59,266 nt of DNA, from positions 16,067-75,332 of the forward strand of contig CAZVKH010000005.1 of NCBI GenBank assembly GCA_964627095.1, in the 5' to 3' direction. The notes beneath the pieces were generated by a model. The model was not told the DNA's origin. It worked only from the letters and a program-made list of their open reading frames with translations, and did not search any database. Of this stretch, positions 9,262 to 18,958 are shown one piece after another; position 1 is the first letter of the stretch, and every line of letters begins with the position of its first letter. The position numbers and the translations under genes are program-made. This DNA is from an uncultured Candidatus Saccharibacteria bacterium. GTDB taxonomy: Bacteria; Patescibacteriota; Saccharimonadia; Saccharimonadales; JAUPVS01.

Positions 9262-10223
9262 AGAAACCAGCTGCCAGCAACGCCCAGCTCATTAGCGGTT
9301 CGGCCCACCCCCAACTAGCCCAAGCCGTCGCCAAGGCCCTAAAGCTACCACTAACCCCCATTAAACTGGGGGCTTTTGCTAATGGGGAAATTAGCTGCAA
9401 GTTAAGTCAGTCGGTACGCGGCGATGATGTTTTTGTATTGCAGTCGCACTGCGGCGACATTAATAAGGCACTGATGGAACAGCTTATTATCATCGACACG
9501 CTTAAACGAGCCTCAGCCCGATCGATTACGGCGGTCTGTCCGTTCTTGGCCTATGCCCGTCAAGATCGCAAGGCTAGTGGCCGTGAGCCAATTACCGCTC
9601 GTTTGGTAGTGGACATGCTACGTACCGCTGGAGCCGACCGAATTATGAGCATCGATCTGCACTCCGGCCAGATTCAAGGCTTCTTTGACGGGCCATTCGA
9701 CCACCTGATTGCTCGCGGCATCCTAACCAACCACATCACCAGTAAGCTGGATGACGGCAACTTGGTAATCGTGTCGCCCGACGCCGGTCGCGTTAAGTCG
9801 GCCGAGCGTTACGCCAGTAGTTTGGGTTGCGACATCGCCATCATTCACAAGCATCGTTCGCACGAAAAGGCCAACAACGTCGAGGCCAAGCACCTGATTG
9901 GCAAGGTAGAAGGCAAGACCTGCTTGATTATCGACGACATGATCGATACTGCCGGCACCATCTGCGCCGCCGCCGACATGCTGGCCGAAAATGGCGCCAA
10001 AAAGATCTACGGCCTGGCCACGCACGGTGTTTTGTCTGACCCAGCCGTATCCAGAATCGACGCTTCGTCCTTCGACAAGGTAATTGTCACCGACTCATTG
10101 CCAACGCCAAAGTCTAAAAAGATTCAAACTATTACCGTGGCCGGGCTGCTAGCCAGCGCTATCGAAGCGGTTTACTGTGGCCAGTCGGTGTCGGCCTTAT
10201 TTGACGGCCAAAACCAATTCTAG
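9258..10223 (+). CDS. prs: Ribose-phosphate pyrophosphokinase (PRPP synthetase)
   Basis: Full-length match to the Prs pattern: DLHSGQIQGFF and the PRPP-binding loop LIIDDMIDTAGT. Confidence 0.95.
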   Translation: MKKPAASNAQLISGSAHPQLAQAVAKALKLPLTPIKLGAFANGEISCKLSQSVRGDDVFVLQSHCGDINKALMEQLIIIDTLKRASARSITAVCPFLAYARQDRKASGREPITARLVVDMLRTAGADRIMSIDLHSGQIQGFFDGPFDHLIARGILTNHITSKLDDGNLVIVSPDAGRVKSAERYASSLGCDIAIIHKHRSHEKANNVEAKHLIGKVEGKTCLIIDDMIDTAGTICAAADMLAENGAKKIYGLATHGVLSDPAVSRIDASSFDKVIVTDSLPTPKSKKIQTITVAGLLASAIEAVYCGQSVSALFDGQNQF

Positions 10224-10230
10224 AGTCTGC

Positions 10231-10236
10231 TATACT
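10231..10236 (+). promoter_or_regulatory. -10 box positioned for a leaderless pyrB mRNA
   Basis: TGcTATACT at 10228-10236, 8 nt before ATG 10245, with no SD in between. Confidence 0.55.
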
Positions 10237-10244
10237 AGGCAGTA

Positions 10245-11162
10245 ATGTCAGCTAATGTCATCAGCATCGATCAGTTTTTCGATAAAGATCTACTGGCTAG
10301 CCTGTACAAACGTGCCCGGGCGTTTTCCGAGCTCCCCTTAGCCGATTACCCCAAACCGTTGCAACACTTAACCCTGGCAACGGTTTTTTTTGAGCCCAGC
10401 ACCCGTACCCGATTGTCGTTTGAAACAGCTATTCAAAATCTGGGCGGCCAGCTTATTACCGTCGAAAACGCTGGTGAATTTTCTTCGGCCAAAAAGGGCG
10501 AAAGCCTCGAAGATACCATTCTGACCATCAACGCCTACGCCGATGGCATCATTATGCGTCACCCCCAAGTCGGCGCCGCCAAGTGTGCCGCCAAAGTATC
10601 GCGCGTTCCAATTATTAACGCCGGTGATGGTGGCGGTGAACACCCCACCCAGGCATTACTAGACCTCTACAGTATCCAGCAATGCCAAGGGAAGATCGAC
10701 GGCCTAAGTGTCGGCCTGGTTGGCGACCTACTTAATGGCCGCACCATTCATTCACTAGTTCAGCTACTGGCCCAGTACCACGTCACCATCTACCTAATTG
10801 CGCCCGACAGTCTGCAACTACCGCCCAAGTACCTCAAACTGCTTAAATCCAACGGCGCCACCATTCATCAGATTGCCAACTGGGACAATGCCCTGGGCAA
10901 GGTTGATGTGCTATACATGACGCGCATCCAAAAAGAACGCTTTAAATTTGTCGAAGATTACCTGGCCATCAAAGACAGTTTCATCCTAACCCCCAAACAG
11001 GTCGCCAAAATGAAAAAAGACGCGATTATTTTGCACCCACTGCCACGCGTTAACGAAATTGACCCAGCCGTCGACCAAGACCCACGCGCCAAATACTTTG
11101 AACAGGTCAAGAACGGGCTTTACGTGCGCATGGCGCTGTTAGAGCACCTGTTTAAACACTAA
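10245..11162 (+). CDS. pyrB: Aspartate carbamoyltransferase catalytic subunit
   Basis: Carbamoyl-phosphate site STRTR, HPTQ and HPLPR motifs; 305 aa. Confidence 0.95.
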   Translation: MSANVISIDQFFDKDLLASLYKRARAFSELPLADYPKPLQHLTLATVFFEPSTRTRLSFETAIQNLGGQLITVENAGEFSSAKKGESLEDTILTINAYADGIIMRHPQVGAAKCAAKVSRVPIINAGDGGGEHPTQALLDLYSIQQCQGKIDGLSVGLVGDLLNGRTIHSLVQLLAQYHVTIYLIAPDSLQLPPKYLKLLKSNGATIHQIANWDNALGKVDVLYMTRIQKERFKFVEDYLAIKDSFILTPKQVAKMKKDAIILHPLPRVNEIDPAVDQDPRAKYFEQVKNGLYVRMALLEHLFKH

Positions 11163-11774
11163 CTACTGTTTCAAAAAGGCAATCATCTCGTCATACTGGG
11201 CGCTAGTGATTTTCTTTTCTTCGGCCAGAATCTTAAAGACTTCTGTGATAGTCATGGCGACATCAACACTATAGCCAGCATCTTCGACCAACTTCTTACC
11301 ACCCATCTCGCGGTCTAGCAACAAGTAAAAACCGACTACATCAAGCTTACAGGCCTTAAACTGTTCAATCGACTCAATTTTTGAATCGCCCCGGGTCACT
11401 AAGTCGTCGATAATCGCTACTTTGTCGCCCGGCTTCCAATCGCCCTCGATCGACTTACCCTTACCATGCTCCTTAATTTTGGCTCGGGGCTGGATAAGCG
11501 GGCGTCGGGTTTCGTAACCAACTGCCGTAGCAATCGGCGTACCGGCTTCAGGAATACCGGCCAAGAAAACATCTTGCGGTAAATCTTGTAGCATCTCGGC
11601 GTATATAGCAGTAATACTATGGAGCGCTTCCGGATAAGTCTGGACAACCCGCATGTCACAATAAAAAGGCGAAATCACACCACTTTTTAGCTTAAAGCTA
11701 CCGAACTGCAAAATACCGAATTTATGCATGCTCAGGGCAACGTCTCGTTTAGTCTGTTCAGTTACTTGGCTCAT
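11163..11774 (-). CDS. pyrE: Orotate phosphoribosyltransferase
   Basis: PRPP-binding motif KVAIIDDLVTRGDS; 203 aa. It overlaps the end of pyrF by 4 nt. Confidence 0.9.
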   Translation of the reverse strand: MSQVTEQTKRDVALSMHKFGILQFGSFKLKSGVISPFYCDMRVVQTYPEALHSITAIYAEMLQDLPQDVFLAGIPEAGTPIATAVGYETRRPLIQPRAKIKEHGKGKSIEGDWKPGDKVAIIDDLVTRGDSKIESIEQFKACKLDVVGFYLLLDREMGGKKLVEDAGYSVDVAMTITEVFKILAEEKKITSAQYDEMIAFLKQ

Positions 11775-12601
11775 GGTTTACTCCTATGTTTATTAATTTC
11801 GTCGTAGGTGGCTTGGGCGCGCCCACGGGCGGCTTGGGCAAAATCCTTACCAGAAGAAGCATAGATAATATCGCGCGACGAGTTAATGACCAGCTCGTTC
11901 TGGTTCGGCCCCAGCCCGGCCGCCATAATGGCAGCAATGTCGCCACCTTGAGCACCAACGCCCGGCACCAAGAAAAATATCTCCGGTCCAACAGCTTGGC
12001 GAATGGCCTGCATTTCTTTAGGGTAGGTAGCGCCAACCACCAATAGGCAGTTCTGGTTCTTGTTCCAGTCTTTAGCGACGCGCTCGGCCACATGCATGTA
12101 AACCGGCTGTCCGTCGGCCTGCAGGTCTTGAAACTCGGCGGCACCAGGGTTAGATGTTCGACATAGCACGATCACGCCCTTGTCAGCGCGGTCGAGCAAG
12201 GGCTGCAAAGCTTCGCCACCTAAGTAAGGATGAACAGTCACGGCGTCCATGCCCAAGTAGTCAAAGGTCGCCTTTGCATAACCATCGTTAGTGTTGCCAA
12301 TGTCGGCCCGCTTGGCATCCAAAATAACCGGAAGGTCTGGGTAATTCTTATTAATATATTCGGTGGTTAGTTTGAGCTGTTCCAGGCCACTGGTACCAAG
12401 TGCTTCGTAAAAGGCGCTGTTTAGTTTAAAGGCACAGGCCAGGTCGGCCGTAGCGTCGATAATTGCCTTATTAAAATCTAGTAGTGGCTGGTCACTAGCC
12501 TGGAACTGCGCCGGCAGCTTAATAACATCCGGATCCAAGCCAACACACAAGAGCGAGTTGTTTTGCTGCATGGCTTTTTGGAGTTTCTTTGTAAAATTCA
12601 T
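11771..12601 (-). CDS. pyrF: Orotidine-5'-phosphate decarboxylase (long, type 2)
   Basis: LCVGLDPD and DAKRADIGNT motifs; 276 aa. Confidence 0.9.
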   Translation of the reverse strand: MNFTKKLQKAMQQNNSLLCVGLDPDVIKLPAQFQASDQPLLDFNKAIIDATADLACAFKLNSAFYEALGTSGLEQLKLTTEYINKNYPDLPVILDAKRADIGNTNDGYAKATFDYLGMDAVTVHPYLGGEALQPLLDRADKGVIVLCRTSNPGAAEFQDLQADGQPVYMHVAERVAKDWNKNQNCLLVVGATYPKEMQAIRQAVGPEIFFLVPGVGAQGGDIAAIMAAGLGPNQNELVINSSRDIIYASSGKDFAQAARGRAQATYDEINKHRSKP

Positions 12602-12644
12602 GCTATTTCATTTACTATACATGTAGCTAGTAAAGGAGCCAAAT

Positions 12645-13736
12645 ATGGTAAAAGCAGCTGTGATGTACGACCCAACAAAAACGTTCCAAGACAACTTTGA
12701 CAACGGGCCGTTCCCGCTGCTCGATAACCAAAAACCATATACTAACAGTGGTGAGCCGCAGTTTACCTTTTTGGGCAAACCGGTCTATTCACCATTTGGC
12801 ATCCCGGCCGGTCCACTCTTAAACAGTAAACATACTACTTATGCCTTTAATCAGGGGTTTGACGTTGTCTGCTACAAAACCCAGCGCAGTGTTTCGTTTG
12901 ACTGCAACCAGTTCCCGAATGTTCTATACCTTGATATCGATGGTGATCTGACGCTAGAAAAAGCCGCTCAGCCCCAAGTTGGTAAAACCGATACCGACCA
13001 ACCGATAGAGAAACTTTCGATCACTAACTCATTTGGAAACCCGTCACGCGGGCCTGAGTTTTGGGTAGATGATTTAAAGAAAGCTGTGGCCGCCCAAGGA
13101 AAGGGTCAACTTCTTATTATGAGCGTTGTCGGCACTATTAAAGAAGGTGCTAGCCAAGAAGATTACTACGATGACTTTGCCAAGGCTGCCGAACAAGCTG
13201 CTAGTACGGGCGTCCAAGCCATAGAATTGAACTTATCGTGCCCTAATGTGGCTACCGAAGGCGTGCTGTGCTATACCCATGACGCTGTCGTTAGCATCTG
13301 CCAAAAAGCCAAAGCCAAAGTCGGCGACATACCGCTAATTGCCAAGTTCGGCTACTTTTCGGCCGAGCAACAGGAACTATTAGAGCAAATTATCACCGAT
13401 ATCGCCCCCTATGTTTCGGCGATTTCTTCTATCAATACCATCTCGGCACCAGTAGTAGACGAAAAGGGTGAGCAAGCACTGCCTGGTCCAAACCGCCTTA
13501 ACAGTGGCGTCTGCGGCGCTGGCATTAAGTGGGCCGGAATTGATATGGTGAAACGACTCGATGCCTTGCGCAAAAAGAAGAATCTTAGCTACGAAATCAT
13601 TGGCGTCGGTGGCGTCATGACAGCTCAAGACTTTGCCGACTACCGCGCTGCTGGAGCCGACGCCGTTCAATCAGCCACTGCTGCCATGTGGAAGCCCGAA
13701 CTGGCGGCCGAAGTTAAAGCCAGTTTACAGAGCTGA
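12645..13736 (+). CDS. pyrD: Dihydroorotate dehydrogenase family protein (class-1-like, Cys base)
   Basis: Motif AIELNLSCPNV, with Cys where class 2 enzymes have Ser, plus a C-terminal FMN-binding IGVGGV. SD aaaggag lies 7 nt upstream. It has an atypically long N-terminal region. Confidence 0.78.
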   Translation: MVKAAVMYDPTKTFQDNFDNGPFPLLDNQKPYTNSGEPQFTFLGKPVYSPFGIPAGPLLNSKHTTYAFNQGFDVVCYKTQRSVSFDCNQFPNVLYLDIDGDLTLEKAAQPQVGKTDTDQPIEKLSITNSFGNPSRGPEFWVDDLKKAVAAQGKGQLLIMSVVGTIKEGASQEDYYDDFAKAAEQAASTGVQAIELNLSCPNVATEGVLCYTHDAVVSICQKAKAKVGDIPLIAKFGYFSAEQQELLEQIITDIAPYVSAISSINTISAPVVDEKGEQALPGPNRLNSGVCGAGIKWAGIDMVKRLDALRKKKNLSYEIIGVGGVMTAQDFADYRAAGADAVQSATAAMWKPELAAEVKASLQS

Positions 13737-13823
13737 CAGTCTTGTAGCCGAGTAGCACTATTGACAACAGTGGCTAGTTCTTACTATATTATGGTTAAGC
13801 TTCAAAAATAAAAAGGAATCAAG

Positions 13824-14345
13824 ATGGCAAAAAATACTAAAACTTCCAATGCGTCAAAAAAGAAAGTGGTGACCAAAACGGTATCACGCTCCCAAAACCC
13901 TTGGCTCTTGGGACTTGCGGCATTGGTCATCGCTGCGGTTCTTACAGTTATTGGTATGGCTGCGTACAATAAGTATAAAGAAAATGACCTCAAGGCTAAA
14001 GCCGGTAGCTACGGAACTATTTATAGTAAAGATGGCTTCACGATGAAAGCCTGCCGCACTTATAATACAGCCGCAAGGCAGTATATCGTTACAGTAATCG
14101 GTTCAAAACCGGCTGACTGGGGGCCTGGTATGGCTTCATTAAGTGCTGACTCGATTGCCAAGACGACCGATGAAAAGCTATACAGTCGATCAAATGCCAG
14201 CTTCTCCTGGTATGGCGGCGTTGTTACAGCCATAAAAGTGGTCGTGCCTATCAACGGCAGTTACCGAGCAGGAATAGCCAAGGACGCCTTTGATCGGTCA
14301 CACTTGAGCCCTTGGGTAAACATAAACTTCACGCCTGGTTGCTAG
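13824..14345 (+). CDS. Small N-anchored protein, paralog family member 1 (ends ...TPGC)
   Basis: Lys-rich N-tail, TM helix, Y-x-K-x-K-x-x-D-L-x-A-K-A motif (YNKYKENDLKAKA), internal Cys (FTMKAC), SWYGG motif and a C-terminal Cys. SD aaaagga. Confidence 0.7.
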   Translation: MAKNTKTSNASKKKVVTKTVSRSQNPWLLGLAALVIAAVLTVIGMAAYNKYKENDLKAKAGSYGTIYSKDGFTMKACRTYNTAARQYIVTVIGSKPADWGPGMASLSADSIAKTTDEKLYSRSNASFSWYGGVVTAIKVVVPINGSYRAGIAKDAFDRSHLSPWVNINFTPGC

Positions 14346-14349
14346 CTTT

Positions 14350-15399
14350 TTACGAAACAATCCGACCAGAACCTGGCTCAACCAAAACTTTGCCATCCTC
14401 GAACACCTTGGTGCCGTGTAGGTAAACAGTTTTAACGCGACCAACCACTTGGCGGCCGGCGAATGGGCTCCAGCCACACTTGGTAAGAAGTTCTTCGTTC
14501 TTTATTGTTCGTTCGGCCATATCAACTTCCACCTTGGTGGTGTCATCGGTTGCTAAACCAAAAATCCTGGCCGGGTTGCTGTGGAGTTTTTCTACCAGCT
14601 GTTTTTGTGTCAGTTTGCCCTCGGCTTGGGCGGTCAGCATTAAGGGCAGGGTAGTTTCTAGGCCGGGCACGCCAAAAGGTGGTTCGGCACTGTCTTTTTC
14701 TTCTTTAGTATGCGGAGCGTGATCGGATTCAATTACGTCAACGGCGTCTAAGTGATCCCACAAGAACTTCTGATCCTTGGCTGATTTTAAGAACGGCTTC
14801 ATGTGGCCGTAGGCACCCAGGCGGTCGGCATCTTTGTCGGTTAAAAACAGATGGTGCGGCGTCACGCCACAACTAATTGGCAGACCTTTTTCTTTAGCCT
14901 GCATCACAAATTCTAGTTCGGCTTGGCTGGAAACGTGGCAAATGTGAGTTCGCTTTGGCTCGGCCGCCAAGGTCTTTAAAACAATTTCCGAAACATCGTC
15001 TTCGGCATGCAGCAAGATCGTTTTGCTACCTGGCCAAGCCCGATAAATTTCGATCAGTTTATTGGCGTCGATTTTAAAGTTACCGGTGGTGACATTCATG
15101 TAAATCTTGAGGCCACTGACTTTGTCGATAACCTTGGTAAATTCGTCAAAATTATCGCCCAAGGTACCAAAGTTAAAACCAATATCGGCCACGGTTTGCT
15201 TTTTTGCGCTAGCGATCTTTGCTTCTAAACGCTCCAGTGTGGTGATCGGCTCAGCATTGTTGGGCATGTCCAGCACCGTAGTATAGCCACCGGCTAGTGC
15301 AGCTGAGGTGCCGCTGTAAAAATCCTCTTTGTGAGTTTGTCCAGGATCGCGCAGGTGTACGTGCGGGTCGATCAAGCCCGGTAAGGTAAGTATGCTCAT
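14350..15399 (-). CDS. pyrC: Dihydroorotase
   Basis: Metal-binding DPHVHLRDPG and amidohydrolase-fold motifs. I prefer the start at ATG 15399 (MSILTLPGLIDPHVH) because TGcTATTAT lies 6 nt upstream. The ORF-track start at 15432 adds 11 aa. Confidence 0.9.
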   Translation of the reverse strand: MSILTLPGLIDPHVHLRDPGQTHKEDFYSGTSAALAGGYTTVLDMPNNAEPITTLERLEAKIASAKKQTVADIGFNFGTLGDNFDEFTKVIDKVSGLKIYMNVTTGNFKIDANKLIEIYRAWPGSKTILLHAEDDVSEIVLKTLAAEPKRTHICHVSSQAELEFVMQAKEKGLPISCGVTPHHLFLTDKDADRLGAYGHMKPFLKSAKDQKFLWDHLDAVDVIESDHAPHTKEEKDSAEPPFGVPGLETTLPLMLTAQAEGKLTQKQLVEKLHSNPARIFGLATDDTTKVEVDMAERTIKNEELLTKCGWSPFAGRQVVGRVKTVYLHGTKVFEDGKVLVEPGSGRIVS

Positions 15400-15405
15400 A
15401 CAGCC

Positions 15406-15411
15406 ATAATA
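15406..15411 (-). promoter_or_regulatory. -10 box positioned for a leaderless pyrC mRNA
   Basis: The minus strand reads TGcTATTAT-ggctgt-ATG, a 6-nt gap to ATG 15399. Confidence 0.55.
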
Positions 15412-15457
15412 GCATGGCTCAATTTTGCTCATGGTTTGAGTTCTGACACTACAGTCT

Positions 15458-15463
15458 TACACT
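15458..15463 (+). promoter_or_regulatory. -10 box positioned for a leaderless mRNA
   Basis: TACACT lies 6 nt before ATG 15470. Confidence 0.5.
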
Positions 15464-15469
15464 AGTAGT

Positions 15470-15970
15470 ATGAGTATGGAAGAACCGACGATGCACGTCA
15501 GCCTGGATTTACCAGCAAACATGGGTCAGCCAGCCATCAACGCCTTGCGAGCAATACTGTATGGTATGAACATCGACGACTTTATATTAAGCATTGATGA
15601 AGAAGCTCGAACCTATAATCCAGATCTAGTGACCCTTGTTCCTGACTCTCAGACAGGTATTAACCAGGCCGTAGTCACAGCTCGCAACTTGCTAGAGTTT
15701 GAACAGTCACATCGCGGTAACTGGCCCCATCACCGCACCACAAAACTGTGGCGCATGCTCGACAGCCACAAAGAACAGGAACCATTTAGGCATTATGTTG
15801 TGACCGGCGAAGACGGCCTACTATTTGGTTTAAACCCAGCAGTTGTTGCGGTGTTTGCCGATAATATTAGTCACCAGGCAGGCTGGGTCAGTCGAGCAAT
15901 CGGACCGTCGACTCTAGTTTTTCTGCGAGACTTTGCAGCCGAACTCTACCAGGACCCGACACGCACCTAG
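15470..15970 (+). CDS. Hypothetical protein (166 aa)
   Basis: Clean ORF with a leaderless-type promoter. I recognise no motif. Confidence 0.5.
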   Translation: MSMEEPTMHVSLDLPANMGQPAINALRAILYGMNIDDFILSIDEEARTYNPDLVTLVPDSQTGINQAVVTARNLLEFEQSHRGNWPHHRTTKLWRMLDSHKEQEPFRHYVVTGEDGLLFGLNPAVVAVFADNISHQAGWVSRAIGPSTLVFLRDFAAELYQDPTRT

Positions 15971-16045
15971 CATTTAGCCCCAGTTATTGCTATAACTATA
16001 AGCAGTAATAAAGTGTGATGGGACAATGAAAAGAGAGCTATACTA

Positions 16046-16753
16046 ATGGCCGAACAACGACTACCGCTGGTTAATGGTGATGATGGCCAATGGGGCGATA
16101 TCATCAACCAGTTTATTGCCACTCAGCACTACAACAACACCGGTGTCGACGATCCCGAAAACGGCATGCACATGAAGGTGACCATAAGGGCGGGAACGGC
16201 CACGGGCGGCACGGCACCACTTAAATTCAACTCTGGCACACTACTTAGCACACCCGAAGCCGGGGCCGTTGAGTTTTTAACTGATCGCCTCTACCTTACC
16301 CAGACTACCAGCACCACCCGCAAGGTGATTGCCGCCTTCGACGACAGCAGCGGTGCCACCGGCGATGTCTACTACCGCGATGCCAGTGGTTATTTTGTGC
16401 GTTTGGGTATTGGCAGCGACAATCAGGTGCTCAGTATCGCCTCGGGTATACCCAGCTGGCGTCAGGCTATTTTTGCCGTTTCGACCCAAAGCGGCACCAG
16501 CTACAACATTTCCGCCAGCAACACCGTAGTTATCGCCGATGCCACCAGCAACAATGTCAGTATCGTTTTACCGGTGGCTTCAACAGTTACCGGCTACCGC
16601 TATTACATTAAACGCAAAGACGGTACTGGCAACAGCGTTACCATCGACCGTTCTGGCAGTGACACCATCGACGGCGCCACCAGCCAGACCCTGCAACAAC
16701 AATATACCTCGGCCACAGTCGTGTCCGACGGCTCTAACTGGTATATTATTTAG
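16046..16753 (+). CDS. Hypothetical protein with phage tail-fibre-like termini
   Basis: The N-terminus MAEQRLPLVNGDDGQWGDIINQFI resembles the W-G-x-x-(L/I)-N start of phage fibre/hyaluronidase-type proteins. The C-terminus is beta-rich (VSIVLP...GYRYYIKRKDGTGNSVTI...DGSNWYII). There is no signal peptide. It is the first gene of a tightly packed five-gene array. Confidence 0.55.
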   Translation: MAEQRLPLVNGDDGQWGDIINQFIATQHYNNTGVDDPENGMHMKVTIRAGTATGGTAPLKFNSGTLLSTPEAGAVEFLTDRLYLTQTTSTTRKVIAAFDDSSGATGDVYYRDASGYFVRLGIGSDNQVLSIASGIPSWRQAIFAVSTQSGTSYNISASNTVVIADATSNNVSIVLPVASTVTGYRYYIKRKDGTGNSVTIDRSGSDTIDGATSQTLQQQYTSATVVSDGSNWYII

Positions 16754-16755
16754 AC

Positions 16756-18222
16756 ATGACATATACGCCAGGCCTTAATGGGGGAAGAATCAACGCGACC
16801 ATCAGCGGCAACACGGCCGGAGCTGGTGCTTTAGTTTCGACCGGTACCATGACCCTGGCCGGCGGTAATAACATCACGCTTAGCCAGGCCGGCAACGCTA
16901 TTACAATTTCTGGGGCAGCCGGTGGTGGCGCTGGCTTTACGGCCGGCATGTCAACCCTAGGTAACACCAGCAACGAAACCGGCATGGCCACCAACCGCCT
17001 AGTTTTGGCCGGTGGTAACAATGTAACGCTCGAGCAATTCACTAGCAGCAACGGCAATACCATTGGCATCCACGCCGCCTCACAGACTGTTCAGACACAA
17101 AATATCCTAAATGGTTTCAGCGCCAGTGGTATATCCACGTCAGGAACCCTAGAATCAATTACTTCTGGCGGATTGTTCCTATATGGCAGTTTTGTCACTC
17201 AATCTCAAAATTCCGTTTCTTTAGGAATGGCCTCGCCCTACGCCCTGTCGGCCGGAATGAGTGGCGGCAATACAGCCGGTGGTGGTAACCTTATAGTCAA
17301 TAAAGCCCTCTACTTCGCTGGCGGCAATAACATAACCTTATCGAACTCCAACACTCTTGATGCCGGCTTTGGTGTCAGCCAAACAATCACAATCTCGGCT
17401 GCCAACCAGACCAACCAAACTGTTGGAATTTACGCTGCCAGCAACACTACCCAAAGCACCTCGGCAACAGTTGACGCCCGCTCTATGACTTTTGCCGGTG
17501 CCGGCGTGGCTTCGGTGGGTGCCAGCAACGGTAGCGTCGTTATATCGGTGCCATCAGGTGGCGGTGGTGGTGGCGACCTAGACTTTTACCAAAACATGGA
17601 CCGTGGTACCTCGGCCGCCCTAGGAACTGGCCTTAACACCCTGATGCTACAGCGCCTCAACCAAGAGAATAATGCACTTGGTCACAATGTTACCGCTAAC
17701 ACATTCTTAATGAACATGTCTGGTAACATGACTGCCACCTCATTGAGCTCCAGTCATAGTTATACTTTAAGTATTGGGGTCTACATAGACCAGGTAACTC
17801 GCTTGTCCCTGGTTAACTCGGCTACTACAACCTGGGGCTTTGCGGCCGCAACCAGCAACACCGCCAACTACCATGGACCCCGCTGGGTTTCTTTTGTATC
17901 AAGCCAGTGGTCGTCGGCACCAGCCTTTGCCAGCGGCAATGACTACGTATTTGGCGTGATAGCCAGCCGGGCAAACTATGGCGCACCACTTTCATATATT
18001 GGCCAGAACTATATGGTTTCGGCCCAAAGAAGTGGTACACTAGGCACCACAGTTGCTACTAACACTTCATTAGCTCAAGGAAACTACTGGAACGCCATGT
18101 TCTCTGCCACCCAATCATCACTACCAAGCACAATTGCATCAAATGCTGTTAACCGTAACAACGCCACAGCCATCTTTATGCCACATGTCATTCTTAATAA
18201 CCGCTACTCGGGAACCTTCTAG
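16756..18222 (+). CDS. Gly/Thr/Asn/Ser-rich repeat protein with (L/F)AGGNN(I/V)TL motifs
   Basis: 488-aa ORF starting 2 nt after the upstream stop. Three copies of the motif are present: LAGGNNITLSQAGNAITISGA, LAGGNNVTLEQF...IGIHAA and FAGGNNITLSNS...ITISAA. There is no signal peptide or TM helix. Confidence 0.6.
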   Translation: MTYTPGLNGGRINATISGNTAGAGALVSTGTMTLAGGNNITLSQAGNAITISGAAGGGAGFTAGMSTLGNTSNETGMATNRLVLAGGNNVTLEQFTSSNGNTIGIHAASQTVQTQNILNGFSASGISTSGTLESITSGGLFLYGSFVTQSQNSVSLGMASPYALSAGMSGGNTAGGGNLIVNKALYFAGGNNITLSNSNTLDAGFGVSQTITISAANQTNQTVGIYAASNTTQSTSATVDARSMTFAGAGVASVGASNGSVVISVPSGGGGGGDLDFYQNMDRGTSAALGTGLNTLMLQRLNQENNALGHNVTANTFLMNMSGNMTATSLSSSHSYTLSIGVYIDQVTRLSLVNSATTTWGFAAATSNTANYHGPRWVSFVSSQWSSAPAFASGNDYVFGVIASRANYGAPLSYIGQNYMVSAQRSGTLGTTVATNTSLAQGNYWNAMFSATQSSLPSTIASNAVNRNNATAIFMPHVILNNRYSGTF

Positions 18223-18223
18223 C

Positions 18224-18949
18224 ATGAAGCCACAGATCGTCATCCCGGACTATACCGGGCAACATAACAGCCGCAGCCACACCAACGCCCGGCTAACCAA
18301 GGGTAAGACCTACCAAGATCTGTCAACGATAATTATTTGCCCCACCCGTGGCCAAATTCCGGCCAAGGTAGTTCAAAGCTGGATGAACATGATGCGGCCA
18401 ATGAACCAAAAGGTGATTGGACCAATTTTTGCGATTGGCCTAGAAGTTGGTCATGCCTATAACAATATGCTCATGCAGATCATTAATAACCCAGGGTTGT
18501 CCGACTGGAAGTATATTCTTACTATAGAAGAGGACAACATGCCGCCACCGGATGGCCTGCTACGGCTCTACGAAAACATGGACGAATACGATGTAATTGG
18601 CGGCCTGTACTGGACCAAGGGCGAAGAAGGCCAGCCCATGATTTATGGCGACCCCAATGTCATGCCCAAGAATTTTATTCCGCAACTGCCGCAACCGGAT
18701 ACCATCCAACAAGCCAACGGCTTGGGAATGGGCTTTAACCTATGGAAGATGGAGATCTTTAAAGACAAGCGCCTCGATATCGGCGATTGGTTTAAAACCG
18801 AACAGAGCTACTTGCCAGGGCAGGGCGCCAAGGCCTACACTCAAGACCTCTACTTTTTTGAAAAAGCCGGGGCGCTGGGTTATAAGTTTGCTTGCGATAC
18901 CAGGGTTAAGGTGGGACACTACGACATAAATACGGATATAGTTTGGTAA
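18224..18949 (+). CDS. Putative GT-A-fold glycosyltransferase
   Basis: ATG 18224 lies 1 nt after the upstream stop, so the ORF-track start at 18134 overlaps the previous gene. Motifs include IIICPTRG, an acidic TIEEDN (DxD-like), and TQDLYFFEKA...VGHYD, typical of family-2-like transferases. Confidence 0.6.
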   Translation: MKPQIVIPDYTGQHNSRSHTNARLTKGKTYQDLSTIIICPTRGQIPAKVVQSWMNMMRPMNQKVIGPIFAIGLEVGHAYNNMLMQIINNPGLSDWKYILTIEEDNMPPPDGLLRLYENMDEYDVIGGLYWTKGEEGQPMIYGDPNVMPKNFIPQLPQPDTIQQANGLGMGFNLWKMEIFKDKRLDIGDWFKTEQSYLPGQGAKAYTQDLYFFEKAGALGYKFACDTRVKVGHYDINTDIVW

Positions 18950-18958
18950 GGAGAAGTC

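Noticed and set aside
16277-17069. Overlapping ORFs in alternative frames of the fibre-like and repeat-protein genes (16277..16489, 16329..16529, 16539..16778, 16580..16762, 16746..17069).
   Set aside because: These are Pro/Ala/Val-rich translations of GC-rich repeat DNA. They have no start context and are entirely nested in longer ORFs with coherent motifs.
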